Shown: piece by piece, positions 40,058-49,186 of the stretch
Position numbering within the stretch: the first letter of the stretch is position 1
How the letters are laid out: each line of letters begins with the position of its first letter
Assembly (NCBI GenBank): GCA_963771355.1
Contig: CAVYTA010000006.1
Coordinates: 2,112,001 to 2,176,000, forward strand
Direction: 5' to 3'
DNA: 64,000 bases
DNA from: an uncultured Candidatus Rokubacteria bacterium
GTDB taxonomy: Bacteria; Methylomirabilota; Methylomirabilia; Rokubacteriales; CSP1-6
Program-made: the position numbers and the translations under genes
Notes under the pieces: model-generated
Seen by the model: only the letters and a program-made list of their open reading frames with translations
Databases searched by the model: none
Told to the model about the DNA's origin: nothing

Positions 40058-40843
40058 GTGAGCGTCCTGACCCGAGTTTGGAACGCGATACGCCGTCCCC
40101 GGCGGACGGTCTCGAGCGTGGAGCTGCTCCAGCGCGCGGAGCGCTGCCGGCGCGAGGGCCGCTTCGAGGAGGGGGCCGCGCTGGTTCGCGAGGCGCTCGG
40201 CCGGGAGCCGCGCAGCACCCTGGCCCATCTCCTCGCCGGGTATCTCCATGCCGCTCTCCGCGATCCCCAGGCCGCCGGCGCCGCCTTCCGCGCCGCCCTG
40301 GCGCTGGACCCCGAGCACCCGCGCGCCATGCTGGGGCTGGCCCGGATCGCCCTCGAGGGGGGCGATGCCGGGGCCTGCCGGCAGCTCCTGGAACGCTCGC
40401 TCCGGGTCTACCCGGACTTCCCCGAGGCCCATGCGCTGCTCGACGCGGTGGGCGCGGTGCCCAGTGTCTCGGCGCCGGAGACGCCCACCGCCGCCCCCGC
40501 CATGGCGCGGCTCAGCCTGGTGCCCCGGCCCGAGGGCAGCCGGGAGTGCTTCCTGATGCACCCCGACGGAAGCCTGGTCTTCGCGCATCCCGCCACCGCG
40601 ACGCGTGAGGCCCTCGGCGCCCACCTCGCGCGCGTGGTGAGTCTGGCCGGCGCCACGCTCGCCCGCGCCGGGCTCGGACCGCTGCGGCACGGCGCGGTGG
40701 CCGCCAATCCCGGCACCACCTTTGTCGAGGCCGACGCGCGCCTCATCCTCGCGCTCACCCTCCCCCCGGAGGTGCCGGTGGCCGAGGGCCAGCGGCAGGC
40801 CACCGAGCTGTGGAAGCGCTTTGTTGCGGCGGGGGCCGCTTGA
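40058..40843 (+). CDS. TPR protein with C-terminal Roadblock/LC7-like domain
   Basis: About 3-4 N-terminal TPRs. The C-terminal region (CFLMHPDGSLV...LARAGLGPL) follows the Roadblock pattern. TATGAT -10 lies 6 nt before the GTG. Confidence 0.6.
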   Translation: MSVLTRVWNAIRRPRRTVSSVELLQRAERCRREGRFEEGAALVREALGREPRSTLAHLLAGYLHAALRDPQAAGAAFRAALALDPEHPRAMLGLARIALEGGDAGACRQLLERSLRVYPDFPEAHALLDAVGAVPSVSAPETPTAAPAMARLSLVPRPEGSRECFLMHPDGSLVFAHPATATREALGAHLARVVSLAGATLARAGLGPLRHGAVAANPGTTFVEADARLILALTLPPEVPVAEGQRQATELWKRFVAAGAA

Positions 40844-41277
40844 CCTCGGAGGCCCGGGCCCCCGCCGGGGTCCCGCCGGGAGGGGTGCCCTCACGCGCGG
40901 CCGCCGTCCGCAGCATCCTGGGCGAGGTGGCCAAGATTGCCGGGGTCCGGGGCGGACTCCTCATCGCCTCCGACGGCTTCGTGATCGCGTCGACGCTGCC
41001 CGCCGAGGTCGCGGTGGATCCCCTGGCCGCGCTCGCCACCACCCTGGGCCGTGAGCTGGAGCTCGGCACCGGTCGGTTGAATCGGGGCAGCTTCTCGAGC
41101 GCCTTCTTCTCGGCGGACGAGGGCAGCGTCTTTCTCGGGCCGAGCCCGCTCGGATTCGTGCTCGTGCTGATGGAGCGCGGTGGCGAGCTGGGGACGGTAC
41201 GCGGAGAGTTCCGGAAGGCGCTGGATACCCTGCATGCCGCCTGGCGCGCGGGCGATCACACCGGCAGCAAGCTCTAG
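40840..41277 (+). CDS. Roadblock/LC7 (MglB-like) domain protein
   Basis: L......GVRGGLLIASDGFVIAS, LAAL, G.F and G.VR motifs; TTG start overlaps the upstream stop. Confidence 0.85.
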   Translation: MTSEARAPAGVPPGGVPSRAAAVRSILGEVAKIAGVRGGLLIASDGFVIASTLPAEVAVDPLAALATTLGRELELGTGRLNRGSFSSAFFSADEGSVFLGPSPLGFVLVLMERGGELGTVRGEFRKALDTLHAAWRAGDHTGSKL

Positions 41278-41283
41278 CGCGAG

Positions 41284-43527
41284 CTAGCTGACGGTCACCC
41301 GGAGGACTTCCTCGACGGTGGTGACCCCCTCGAGGACCTTCTGTAGTGCGTTCTGGCGGAGGGTCTTCATGCCCTGGCTGAGCGCCATCTCCCGGATGTC
41401 GGCGGTGGGCGCATTGTGCAGCATCAAGTCCCGCAGCTCTTCCGTGATCGGCATGACTTCGTAGATGGCCACGCGACCTTTCATGCCCGTGAAGCTGCAG
41501 GCCGGGCACCCCTTGCCCTTGTAGAGCTGGACTTTGCCCAGGCCCTGGAGGACATGGCCGTAGGGGACCAGAGTCTCCTCGTCGGCGTCGTAGGGCTGCT
41601 TGCAGTCCTTGCAGATCTTCCGGCCCAGCCGCTGGGCCAGGATGAGGGTCAGCGCGGAGGAGACCAGGAAGGGCGGGATGCCCATGTCGAGCAGCCGCGC
41701 CACCGTGGACGGGCAGTCGTTGGTATGGAGCGTGGTGAGCACGAGGTGGCCGGTGAGGGCGGCGCGGATGCCGATCTGCGCCGTCTCGAGGTCGCGCGTC
41801 TCGCCGACCAGGATGATGTCGGGGTCCTGGCGGAGGAATGAGCGCAAGGCGGCGGCGAACGTCCGCCCGATCCCCTCGTTGACCTGCACCTGATTGACGC
41901 CCTTGAGGTTGTACTCGACCGGATCCTCGGCGGTCATGATGTTCACGTCGGGGGAGTTGATGGTGTGGATGGCCGAGTAGAGCGTGGTGGTCTTGCCCGA
42001 TCCGGTCGGCCCCGTGATGAGGATCATGCCGTAGGGCTGATGGATGGCCCGCGTGAACTGCTCCAGGCTCCAGGGATCGAAGCCGAGCAACGCGAGGTCG
42101 AGCTGGAGCGCGTCCTTGTCCAGGATGCGCATGACGGTCTTCTCGCCGAAGATGGTCGGCAGGGTCGACACGCGGAAGTCGATCTCGCGCTGGTTGTAGC
42201 GCAGCTTGATGCGGCCGTCCTGAGGCAGCCGCCGCTCGGCGATGTCGAGATTCGACATGATCTTCACGCGGGACGTGAGCGCCGCCTCCAGCCGCTTGGG
42301 CGGGGTCATGATCTCGTGCAGCACGCCGTCGACGCGGAAGCGCACCCGGAAGACCTTCTCGTAGGGCTCGAGGTGGATGTCGGAGGCGCCGCGGCGGATG
42401 GCGTCCACCAGGATCATGTTGATGAGCCGGACCACCGGGGCCTCGTCCGCCGACTCCTTCAGCTCGAAGATGTCGGCCTTGGCCCACTGTTCCTCCTCGC
42501 CTTCGACGACCTCGACGTCGCCCCCGGCCGCGGCCATCTCCGAGAGCACCTCGGCGAGGCCGCCGGTCTGGGCCTCGTACAGCCGCTCGATGGCCTGGCG
42601 AATGGCCCCCTGGGAGGCCACCACCGGCACCACGGTGAGGCCGGTCATGAACGCGACATCGTCAAGCGCGAAGACATTGGTGGGATCGGCCATGGCCAGG
42701 ATGAGCGAGTTCTCCGTCCGCTTGATCGGCAGCACCTCGTACTTGCGCGCGATCTGGGAGGAGATGAGCTCCACGACCTCGGGATCCACATCGAGCTGGG
42801 ACAGCGTGATGGCCTGGAGCCCGTACTGCCTGGAGAGGAAGTCGGTGAGCTGCTCCTCCCGGAGAAGGTCGAGCCGGACGAGGACGGTTCCGATCTTCTC
42901 GTTCGTGCCGCGCTGGCTCGCGAGGGCCTGGGTGAGCTGCTCCTGGGTGATGAGGCCGGCGGCCACGAGCAGATCGCCCAGCTTGCCCATCCGGTGCACC
43001 ACGCGCTCGTCGCCCTTCCCTGCCCCGGGAGCGGGCGCGGGAGCCGGAGGCTCACCGTGCCCCGTGGGCGGGGTGTCGGGCGCCGGCCGGCCGGCCGTGG
43101 TGGGGGGCTCGGGGGCCGGCGGGGGCACCACCGGCGGGGTCGCCACCTCTGCCGCAGACGCGGATACGGGCACGGCGGGCGGGGCCGCGTCGGCGGGAAT
43201 GCGCCGACCGCCGCGGCGCGGCGCGGGGCGCTCGGGCTCGGCGCGCGCGGGCGGGGGGGTGGCCGCGGTCGAGGACGGCGCCTCCGGCGTCCCCTCGGCG
43301 CGCGGCGGCTCGACGGGTCCACCGTGAGCGGCCTCGATGCGTCGGACCACGTCGGCGTGCTTGTCGGCATCGCCGAGCTTGACGTAGATCTCCCGCAGGG
43401 CCTCGAGCGCGCCGACCTCGAGGGGATTGGCCTCGACGATCATCTCGAAGACCTGGGCGGTCTCCGTGAGCTCGCGCCGCTCCTGCGCGGAGAGAGCGCC
43501 CGACCCGGTCTGGTGGAGGACAGCCAT
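41284..43527 (-). CDS. pilB: Type IV pilus extension ATPase PilB with N-terminal helical extension, Pro-rich linker and MshEN domain
   Basis: ASDIH.EP, LDIAERRLPQDG, GPTGSGKTTT, LRQDPDII.VGE.RD, TGHLV..TLHTND and Zn-binding CxxC...CxxC motifs. Confidence 0.92.
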   Translation of the reverse strand: MAVLHQTGSGALSAQERRELTETAQVFEMIVEANPLEVGALEALREIYVKLGDADKHADVVRRIEAAHGGPVEPPRAEGTPEAPSSTAATPPPARAEPERPAPRRGGRRIPADAAPPAVPVSASAAEVATPPVVPPPAPEPPTTAGRPAPDTPPTGHGEPPAPAPAPGAGKGDERVVHRMGKLGDLLVAAGLITQEQLTQALASQRGTNEKIGTVLVRLDLLREEQLTDFLSRQYGLQAITLSQLDVDPEVVELISSQIARKYEVLPIKRTENSLILAMADPTNVFALDDVAFMTGLTVVPVVASQGAIRQAIERLYEAQTGGLAEVLSEMAAAGGDVEVVEGEEEQWAKADIFELKESADEAPVVRLINMILVDAIRRGASDIHLEPYEKVFRVRFRVDGVLHEIMTPPKRLEAALTSRVKIMSNLDIAERRLPQDGRIKLRYNQREIDFRVSTLPTIFGEKTVMRILDKDALQLDLALLGFDPWSLEQFTRAIHQPYGMILITGPTGSGKTTTLYSAIHTINSPDVNIMTAEDPVEYNLKGVNQVQVNEGIGRTFAAALRSFLRQDPDIILVGETRDLETAQIGIRAALTGHLVLTTLHTNDCPSTVARLLDMGIPPFLVSSALTLILAQRLGRKICKDCKQPYDADEETLVPYGHVLQGLGKVQLYKGKGCPACSFTGMKGRVAIYEVMPITEELRDLMLHNAPTADIREMALSQGMKTLRQNALQKVLEGVTTVEEVLRVTVS

Positions 43528-43545
43528 GGCCCCGCTCGATCGCGC

Positions 43546-44028
43546 CTAGCGCTTCTTGGGTCCGATGTCGGTCCGGGCCTCGTCCGCGGTCAGCGGGGCC
43601 GCCAGCGCCCCCACCCGGCGCGGCTGGGTACGGGCCTCGGCGAGGACGGTCCCGATGGCGCGGCACGCCTCCTTCGCGAAGAGCCGCACCATGCCCACCG
43701 TGGTCCGATCGTCGAAGATCGCGAGCAGGATCGTCTCCTTGTCCACCGTGGAGACGTGGATACTCTCCCGCACGCCCTGGTGGAAGAGCACGGAGAATTC
43801 CGTCTCCCCCAGGAGCTCCGCGATGGCCGCGGTGGAGGAAAAGGCTCCCGCGGCCAGAGCACCGATGGACACCGTGTCGAAGGTCGGGCTCTTGCCGGTG
43901 GAGGCCAGGAGCTGTCCGCTCCGATCGATGAGCAGGGCCTCCGAGGCACTCGATTCCTCGAGGAAGCTCGAGAGCACCTGCCCGATGCGCGTCGCCTCGT
44001 TCTCGTGGATGACCAGGTCATGAAGCAT
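43546..44028 (-). CDS. mglB: MglB-type Roadblock protein (GAP of MglA)
   Basis: LLIDRSGQ, ALAAG.F..T..IA.LLGE.EF..LFHQG and GMVRL motifs match Myxococcus/Thermus MglB. Confidence 0.9.
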   Translation of the reverse strand: MLHDLVIHENEATRIGQVLSSFLEESSASEALLIDRSGQLLASTGKSPTFDTVSIGALAAGAFSSTAAIAELLGETEFSVLFHQGVRESIHVSTVDKETILLAIFDDRTTVGMVRLFAKEACRAIGTVLAEARTQPRRVGALAAPLTADEARTDIGPKKR

Positions 44029-44635
44029 TGCGCTGGACCTCCTGTTCCTGTCCGAACTCACTGAGGAGCACCATGCGGGATACCGTGTTGAGCGCGTCGA
44101 ACACGCCGGTCCCCTGGCTGGCCACCGTCTCGAAGGACGGCACGCGCCGGGCGCGGCGATTGAGGAGATACTCCATGTACGCGACGGGCGCGGCGTTGGG
44201 GAGGTCGCGCTTGTTGTACTGGATGACGCACGGGGTGCGGTCCAGCTCGTAGCTGTACTCGCGGAGGTTCTCCTCGAGGTTGCGAAAGCTCTCCACGTTC
44301 TCCTTCATGCGCTCGAACTGCGAGTCGGCCACGAACACGACGCCGTCGATGCCCCGCAGCACCAGCTTCCGCGTCATGTTGTAGTAGACCTGCCCCGGCA
44401 CGGTGTAGAGCTGGAACTTGGTCACGAACCCGCGCACGCTGAGCGAGGATACCGGCAGGAAGTCGAAGAAGATGGTCCGGTCGTCGCCGGTGGCGAGCGA
44501 GATCATCTTCCCCTTGTTGCCGTCGGGCAGCGAGCGGTGCACGTGCTGCAGGCTGGCCGTCTTGCCCGCCACCCCGGGGCCGTAGTAGACGACCTTGAAG
44601 TTGATCTCTTTCGCCGCGTAGTTGATGATCGACAT
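44018..44635 (-). CDS. mglA: MglA small Ras-like GTPase
   Basis: IN.K.VYYGPG.AGKT, DRT.FFDF (intrinsic Arg finger), TVPGQV.Y, G.DG.VFVADS and QYNKRD motifs. ATG at 44635. Confidence 0.95.
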   Translation of the reverse strand: MSIINYAAKEINFKVVYYGPGVAGKTASLQHVHRSLPDGNKGKMISLATGDDRTIFFDFLPVSSLSVRGFVTKFQLYTVPGQVYYNMTRKLVLRGIDGVVFVADSQFERMKENVESFRNLEENLREYSYELDRTPCVIQYNKRDLPNAAPVAYMEYLLNRRARRVPSFETVASQGTGVFDALNTVSRMVLLSEFGQEQEVQRNAS

Positions 44636-44646
44636 GGCTCCCGTTC

Positions 44647-46935
44647 TCAGACGGCGCGGAGCAGCCCCGCGGCCCGCTCGAGTTGCCGGTGCGCGAGGCC
44701 GGGCCGGTCCACCGACTGCCCGGCGGCCACGAGCACGCTGAATCGCCCGGGAACGCCCTTCACTGGCCGTACCACCAGCCGGCGCTCGTTCAGGCGGAAC
44801 ACCACGGACTGCAGCGCCCCCAGCGCGGGCTCGTCGCCCTCGAGGGTGAGCGCGCGGCAGACATCCACCGCGAAGCCGGCCACCGCCCGGCTGTCCTCGC
44901 CCGGCGCGAGGAACACGCACACCTCGGCACTCCCGGTGGAATCACGGAGCACGGTCGGGGCCACCCGCCCGAAGGCGTTCAGGTCTCCGGCCAGGAAGCC
45001 GAGGGACAGGGCCCCCGAGTCCCGTGTCTCGTAGTGCGAGCCGTTCCCCATCCGGTCGGACGCCTCCCGGCGCGCGGGGGACGCGGGATAGGCGAGGCGA
45101 TGCTCACGAGCGGCCTTGAGGCACACCAGCTCCAGCATGGCCAGCGAGCCCACACGGGCCACCGAGGCCACCATGACCGGTCCGCCCGAATCGACGGTGC
45201 CCAGCGGGGTGAGGATGATGGCCCCCTCCTCGCGACGGACCGTCAGCTGGTCCACCGGCCACGGAGCCTGCCCGCTCATGAGGAACGGCAGCGTGGAGGC
45301 CGCCGTCCGCAGCACGGAGGTGGTGGGCAAGGCGGAGGAGTTGAAGGTGAAGAGCGTCACGCCCTCGATGCTGGTGGAGCCCACCTCGAGCGCGCCGAAG
45401 GGCGTGAGCACGGCGGCGAGGCGACGCGACTGCCGTAGCCGATCCTCGGTGAGGGGGAGGGTGGGACGCGGTGTCTCGACGGGCGGCGGCGGCACGCGGG
45501 GCGCGGCGGCCAGGACGGGCTCGAGGCGAGACGGCGCCGCCACCGCCGGTTCCTCGAGCACGGGCGGCTCGATCGGAGCGGGCACCGCCGTCAGCTCCAC
45601 CTCCACGAAGAGAGGCTCCAGGGGAGGCGGTGGCACGTGGGGCACCTCGACGGGCGCCGGCTCGACGCGCGCGGACTCGAGGGCGTCGAGCTGCTCTTCG
45701 AACGCCAGCTGGGGAGCGAGGCCGTACTCGATCTCGCTCTCCACGAAGAGGAAGGGGGGGACGAAGTCGGTGGCGTCGGCCCGCGGCGGCTCGGCCTCGA
45801 GCTCGGCGTGGGGCGCCGCGGGCTCGGCAATCTCGACCGGAAGGATCGGCGATTCGGACTCGACCACGGGGTCCGGCATGACCGCGGCTTCCGTGCTGAG
45901 AGGCGCGGAGGCGGCGGCCGGAGCGGGCGGGGCCGGGGGAAGCTCCACCGGGAGCGGCTCCAGCGCCTCCACGGTCTCGGCTTCGAAGGGCTGGAAGGGC
46001 AGCGGGAAGCGCTCGATGCCCTGCACGTCCACCGCCGGCGTCGAGGCCGCGAACATCTCGGGGGGCAGCCGCCGCACGATCTCGTCGAGCGGGAGGACGA
46101 TGCGGCCCTCGGGAAGCCGGTCGCGCACGGTGGCCTCGTTCACCGCCAGGGCATGACGTGGAAACTGGTCCGCCACCTCGTCCCAGCTCACCGAGACGGC
46201 GCCATCCGCGAGCTGGGGCACCACCAGGCGGGTGGGCACCAGCAGATGTCCAGGCTCGAGCAGGTTCGCACCGAGCCGGTCAGGCGGAATGGTGAAGGTG
46301 CCGGCGGGGAGCTGGTCGGCGATGCGGGAGAACGGGATGGAGAGGACCTCCTCCACCCGCTCGGCGCCGCGCGGCGCGCCGCCGGAGATGGGCGACGGGG
46401 AGGACGACTCGGCCGACGCCACCGCAGGAACGCTCGGTTCCGGCGGCGGGGGCGGGACCATCTCCGGCATCTCCACGGGGAAACGGTCGAGGCGGGGATT
46501 GGCGTCGGCCGCCGCCGCCAGGGAAACGGATAGGGAGCCCCGCCGCCGAGCGCGCGGCGGCGCGTACATGGCGCGGAACGGGAGCACGAGCAGGGACACG
46601 CAGAAGAGCTGGAGGAGCGGCGCGGGCAGGTATTCCCAGGCCGCCACCGCGAAGGCGGCGGGAAAGGGCAGCGCCATCACCGCCGCGTACACCATGCCGG
46701 TGGCGGAGGCCAGCGCGGCATGGGCCACGAAGAGCAGCGCCACGATCCCGATGGCCTGGAGCGTGCTTGCCCGGGGGCAGCAGATCACGACCAGCAGCGT
46801 GTATACCACCGCCGGCGCCACGAGGGCCCCCCACCACGGCAGCGAGACGTCGGCGGTGGGCAGGAACGCGGACACCACCACCACCGCCACCGTGTACAGC
46901 ACCAGGTCCGCCACCGTCAGGATGAAGTTCTTCAT
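44647..46935 (-). CDS. Hypothetical membrane-anchored protein: ~4 N-terminal TMs, Pro/Glu-rich linker, C-terminal alpha/beta repeats (possibly degenerate Roadblock)
   Basis: Hydrophobic first ~120 aa, low-complexity middle, and two similar C-terminal modules (L.PFG/L.AFG...LT/VV.R....V.P....G.L). Confidence 0.7.
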   Translation of the reverse strand: MKNFILTVADLVLYTVAVVVVSAFLPTADVSLPWWGALVAPAVVYTLLVVICCPRASTLQAIGIVALLFVAHAALASATGMVYAAVMALPFPAAFAVAAWEYLPAPLLQLFCVSLLVLPFRAMYAPPRARRRGSLSVSLAAAADANPRLDRFPVEMPEMVPPPPPEPSVPAVASAESSSPSPISGGAPRGAERVEEVLSIPFSRIADQLPAGTFTIPPDRLGANLLEPGHLLVPTRLVVPQLADGAVSVSWDEVADQFPRHALAVNEATVRDRLPEGRIVLPLDEIVRRLPPEMFAASTPAVDVQGIERFPLPFQPFEAETVEALEPLPVELPPAPPAPAAASAPLSTEAAVMPDPVVESESPILPVEIAEPAAPHAELEAEPPRADATDFVPPFLFVESEIEYGLAPQLAFEEQLDALESARVEPAPVEVPHVPPPPLEPLFVEVELTAVPAPIEPPVLEEPAVAAPSRLEPVLAAAPRVPPPPVETPRPTLPLTEDRLRQSRRLAAVLTPFGALEVGSTSIEGVTLFTFNSSALPTTSVLRTAASTLPFLMSGQAPWPVDQLTVRREEGAIILTPLGTVDSGGPVMVASVARVGSLAMLELVCLKAAREHRLAYPASPARREASDRMGNGSHYETRDSGALSLGFLAGDLNAFGRVAPTVLRDSTGSAEVCVFLAPGEDSRAVAGFAVDVCRALTLEGDEPALGALQSVVFRLNERRLVVRPVKGVPGRFSVLVAAGQSVDRPGLAHRQLERAAGLLRAV

Positions 46936-46950
46936 TTTGTGTGCGCCCCC

Positions 46951-47907
46951 TCAGATCACGCGGGCCAGGTCGGGAAGCAGCTTCTTGACGTAGTAGCGGA
47001 CCTTCCCCAGCGCCGCCGCGTCCTTGCACATCACGGCGAGCACCGCTGCCGGTCCCACGCGGTGCAGCAACACCGTGCCCTTCTCGTACTCGATGAGCAT
47101 GCCGCCGAGCGCGCCGCGGCCCAGCTCCCGGCCGATCCCATCCGAAGACTCCGCGAGACAGGCGGCCATGGCGGCGGCGACCTCCGCCTCCACGCCGATG
47201 TCCCCCGCGGACTCGATGAGGAAGCCTTCACGATCGCTGAGCGACGCCCAGTCGGCGCCCGAGACGGCCATGAACTGGGCCAGCATCGAGCCCAGGTCGA
47301 GGCCGGCCCACGATGCTGGCGTGGGAACCACAGCGGGCCGGCCGCCGGACCAGGCGGCCACCGCGGCCGCGACCTGCGGCTCAGGAGCACGCCGGATGGC
47401 GGGGATGGGCGGTGTCCAGGCCGGCGCGGCGGGGGGGGCGGAGGGAAGGACCGCCGCGGGCGTGACCCGGGCGGGCGCCACCGGCGCGCCGTTGGTGCGC
47501 GGCTCCTCGGCCCACGCCGCGGGGGCCCGTCGTGGCGCCGCGCCCGGGTTGAGCAGCTCCGACACCTTGCGCACCAGCTCCGCCGCCTCGAAGGGCTTGC
47601 GCAGCACGTCGTCCGATCGCGCCTCGGCCGCCTGCTCGAGGACGCTGGCATTGACGATCCCGGAGATCAGGAGCACGGGGGTCCGTCCGAGCCGCGGGTG
47701 GCTCTTCACGAAGCGGCAGATCTCGTAGCCGTCACGGTCCGGCATGACGACGTCGCACACCACCAGATCGGGCTGCTCGCGCTCGATCTGCGCGATGGCC
47801 TCGGTGCCCGAGGCCGCCGACACCACGTCGAGCTGCTTGGCGACCAGCGCGCGCTCCACCACCTTGCGCACGCTCAGGCTATCGTCGACGACTAGTACCT
47901 TTGCCAT
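46951..47907 (-). CDS. Response regulator: receiver + Pro/Ala linker + Roadblock/LC7 output domain
   Basis: Canonical REC (VDDS, CDVVMP, LIS, KPF). C-terminal ASLSDREGFLIES...IGRELGRG.L....IEY..G...LG.VR Roadblock motif. Confidence 0.85.
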   Translation of the reverse strand: MAKVLVVDDSLSVRKVVERALVAKQLDVVSAASGTEAIAQIEREQPDLVVCDVVMPDRDGYEICRFVKSHPRLGRTPVLLISGIVNASVLEQAAEARSDDVLRKPFEAAELVRKVSELLNPGAAPRRAPAAWAEEPRTNGAPVAPARVTPAAVLPSAPPAAPAWTPPIPAIRRAPEPQVAAAVAAWSGGRPAVVPTPASWAGLDLGSMLAQFMAVSGADWASLSDREGFLIESAGDIGVEAEVAAAMAACLAESSDGIGRELGRGALGGMLIEYEKGTVLLHRVGPAAVLAVMCKDAAALGKVRYYVKKLLPDLARVI

Positions 47908-47910
47908 GAC

Positions 47911-48717
47911 CTAGGCCTGCCCTTTCGCGGCGCGCTCGGGCGCCGTCTGTGTGGTCTCGAATGCCGCGCGGCCCTCGTCGATCCCCGCCGCGATGCGGAG
48001 CAGGAGCCGGTCGACGCTTCGATGGATGGTGCGCGGGAGCTTGACCGCTTGCTCGCGGGGCAGCGGGGTGAAGCAGAAATCCCCCCCGCCCTCCGCCTGT
48101 GAGGAGCACACGAGATCGGTGAACGCTGGCTCCCCGCTCTCGCCGCCGAACTCCGCGTGGACGAGCTGCCCACCCTCGAACTCCAGCGTGCCCGGCCCCG
48201 CCGTGAGCTCGAGAGCCAGCCGGCCCGTCTTGCCGCCCATGGCGATGGCCTGGGTCAGCGCGGGCAGGTCCATCACGTCCAGCGAGCCGCGCATCACCTG
48301 GAGGGCGGGCCCGGCGGGCGGGGCCGCCGGGGGCGGCGGCGGCGCGGAAGCCGACTCGCCGGCCAGCAGGGCGCGGACACTCTCGAGGAAGCCGACCACG
48401 CTCAGGTGGCCGGTGCAGAGCCGGTCCACCCCGGCCTCCGCCGCCTGCCCGGCGATGTGCCGCTCGAGCCCAGCCAGGAGGAGGAACGGGATGTCCCCCG
48501 TCTTGGGATCGCTCCGGACTATGCCGAACAGCTCGCAGCCGTCCATGTCGTCCACCCGGGCCTGGGTGACGATGATGTGCGGGCGATCCCACTCGAGCTG
48601 CGTCAGGGCGAACGAGCCGCTCGCCGCGACCGACACCTCGTAACCGGCTCCCTTCAGCGCGCGCTCGAACGCGCCGCGGCTGTCCGGCTCGGGATCAACC
48701 AGCAAGACCTTAGACAT
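47911..48717 (-). CDS. Atypical receiver + DUF4388/PATAN-like domain protein
   Basis: REC fold with degenerate active site. C-terminal GSL....LP.L.Q.....GKTG.L....G.L.F..G.L.HA...G..F.F pattern. Confidence 0.75.
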   Translation of the reverse strand: MSKVLLVDPEPDSRGAFERALKGAGYEVSVAASGSFALTQLEWDRPHIIVTQARVDDMDGCELFGIVRSDPKTGDIPFLLLAGLERHIAGQAAEAGVDRLCTGHLSVVGFLESVRALLAGESASAPPPPPAAPPAGPALQVMRGSLDVMDLPALTQAIAMGGKTGRLALELTAGPGTLEFEGGQLVHAEFGGESGEPAFTDLVCSSQAEGGGDFCFTPLPREQAVKLPRTIHRSVDRLLLRIAAGIDEGRAAFETTQTAPERAAKGQA

Positions 48718-49186
48718 GTCTCCTCTCCAGGTGGGACGCGAGGAGCGCGTCCACGTCGAACAGCGGGACGTCCTGGTTCTCGAGGCGCGCGAGACCGCGC
48801 AGCCAGCGCCGCTCCGGGGCGCTGTATGCCTCGGGCAGCGCGCTGATCGCGCTCGACGGAAGGGCGGTCAAGGTCACGACCACGTCGGTGAGGAGCGCCC
48901 CCGAGAGACTGACGCCCGCCACCAGCAGGAGTACGCGGCCGCGCGGGCCGCCCACGGGGCCGTCCCATGCCGGAAAGCCCAGGAGCGCGCGCAGGTCGAG
49001 CACGGGATACGGCACGCCCAGGAAGACAACCGGCGCGCCCGCGCCCCCCTCGTCGCGCAGCAGGTGCTTCACGCGCGCCGCCTCCACCGCGTACCGGCGG
49101 CCGTGCACGCTGAAGAGCACGCCCCGGCCGTGGAGCGTGGGCGCCGTGCGGCGCCGGGGGGCGAGATGGCTCGGGCTAAGAGGCAT
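48710..49186 (-). CDS. CheW-like adaptor (divergent)
   Basis: F......YAV....V, PVLDLR.LLG and L.DV..LL motifs; adjacent to cheB and cheA. Confidence 0.7.
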   Translation of the reverse strand: MPLSPSHLAPRRRTAPTLHGRGVLFSVHGRRYAVEAARVKHLLRDEGGAGAPVVFLGVPYPVLDLRALLGFPAWDGPVGGPRGRVLLLVAGVSLSGALLTDVVVTLTALPSSAISALPEAYSAPERRWLRGLARLENQDVPLFDVDALLASHLERRHV

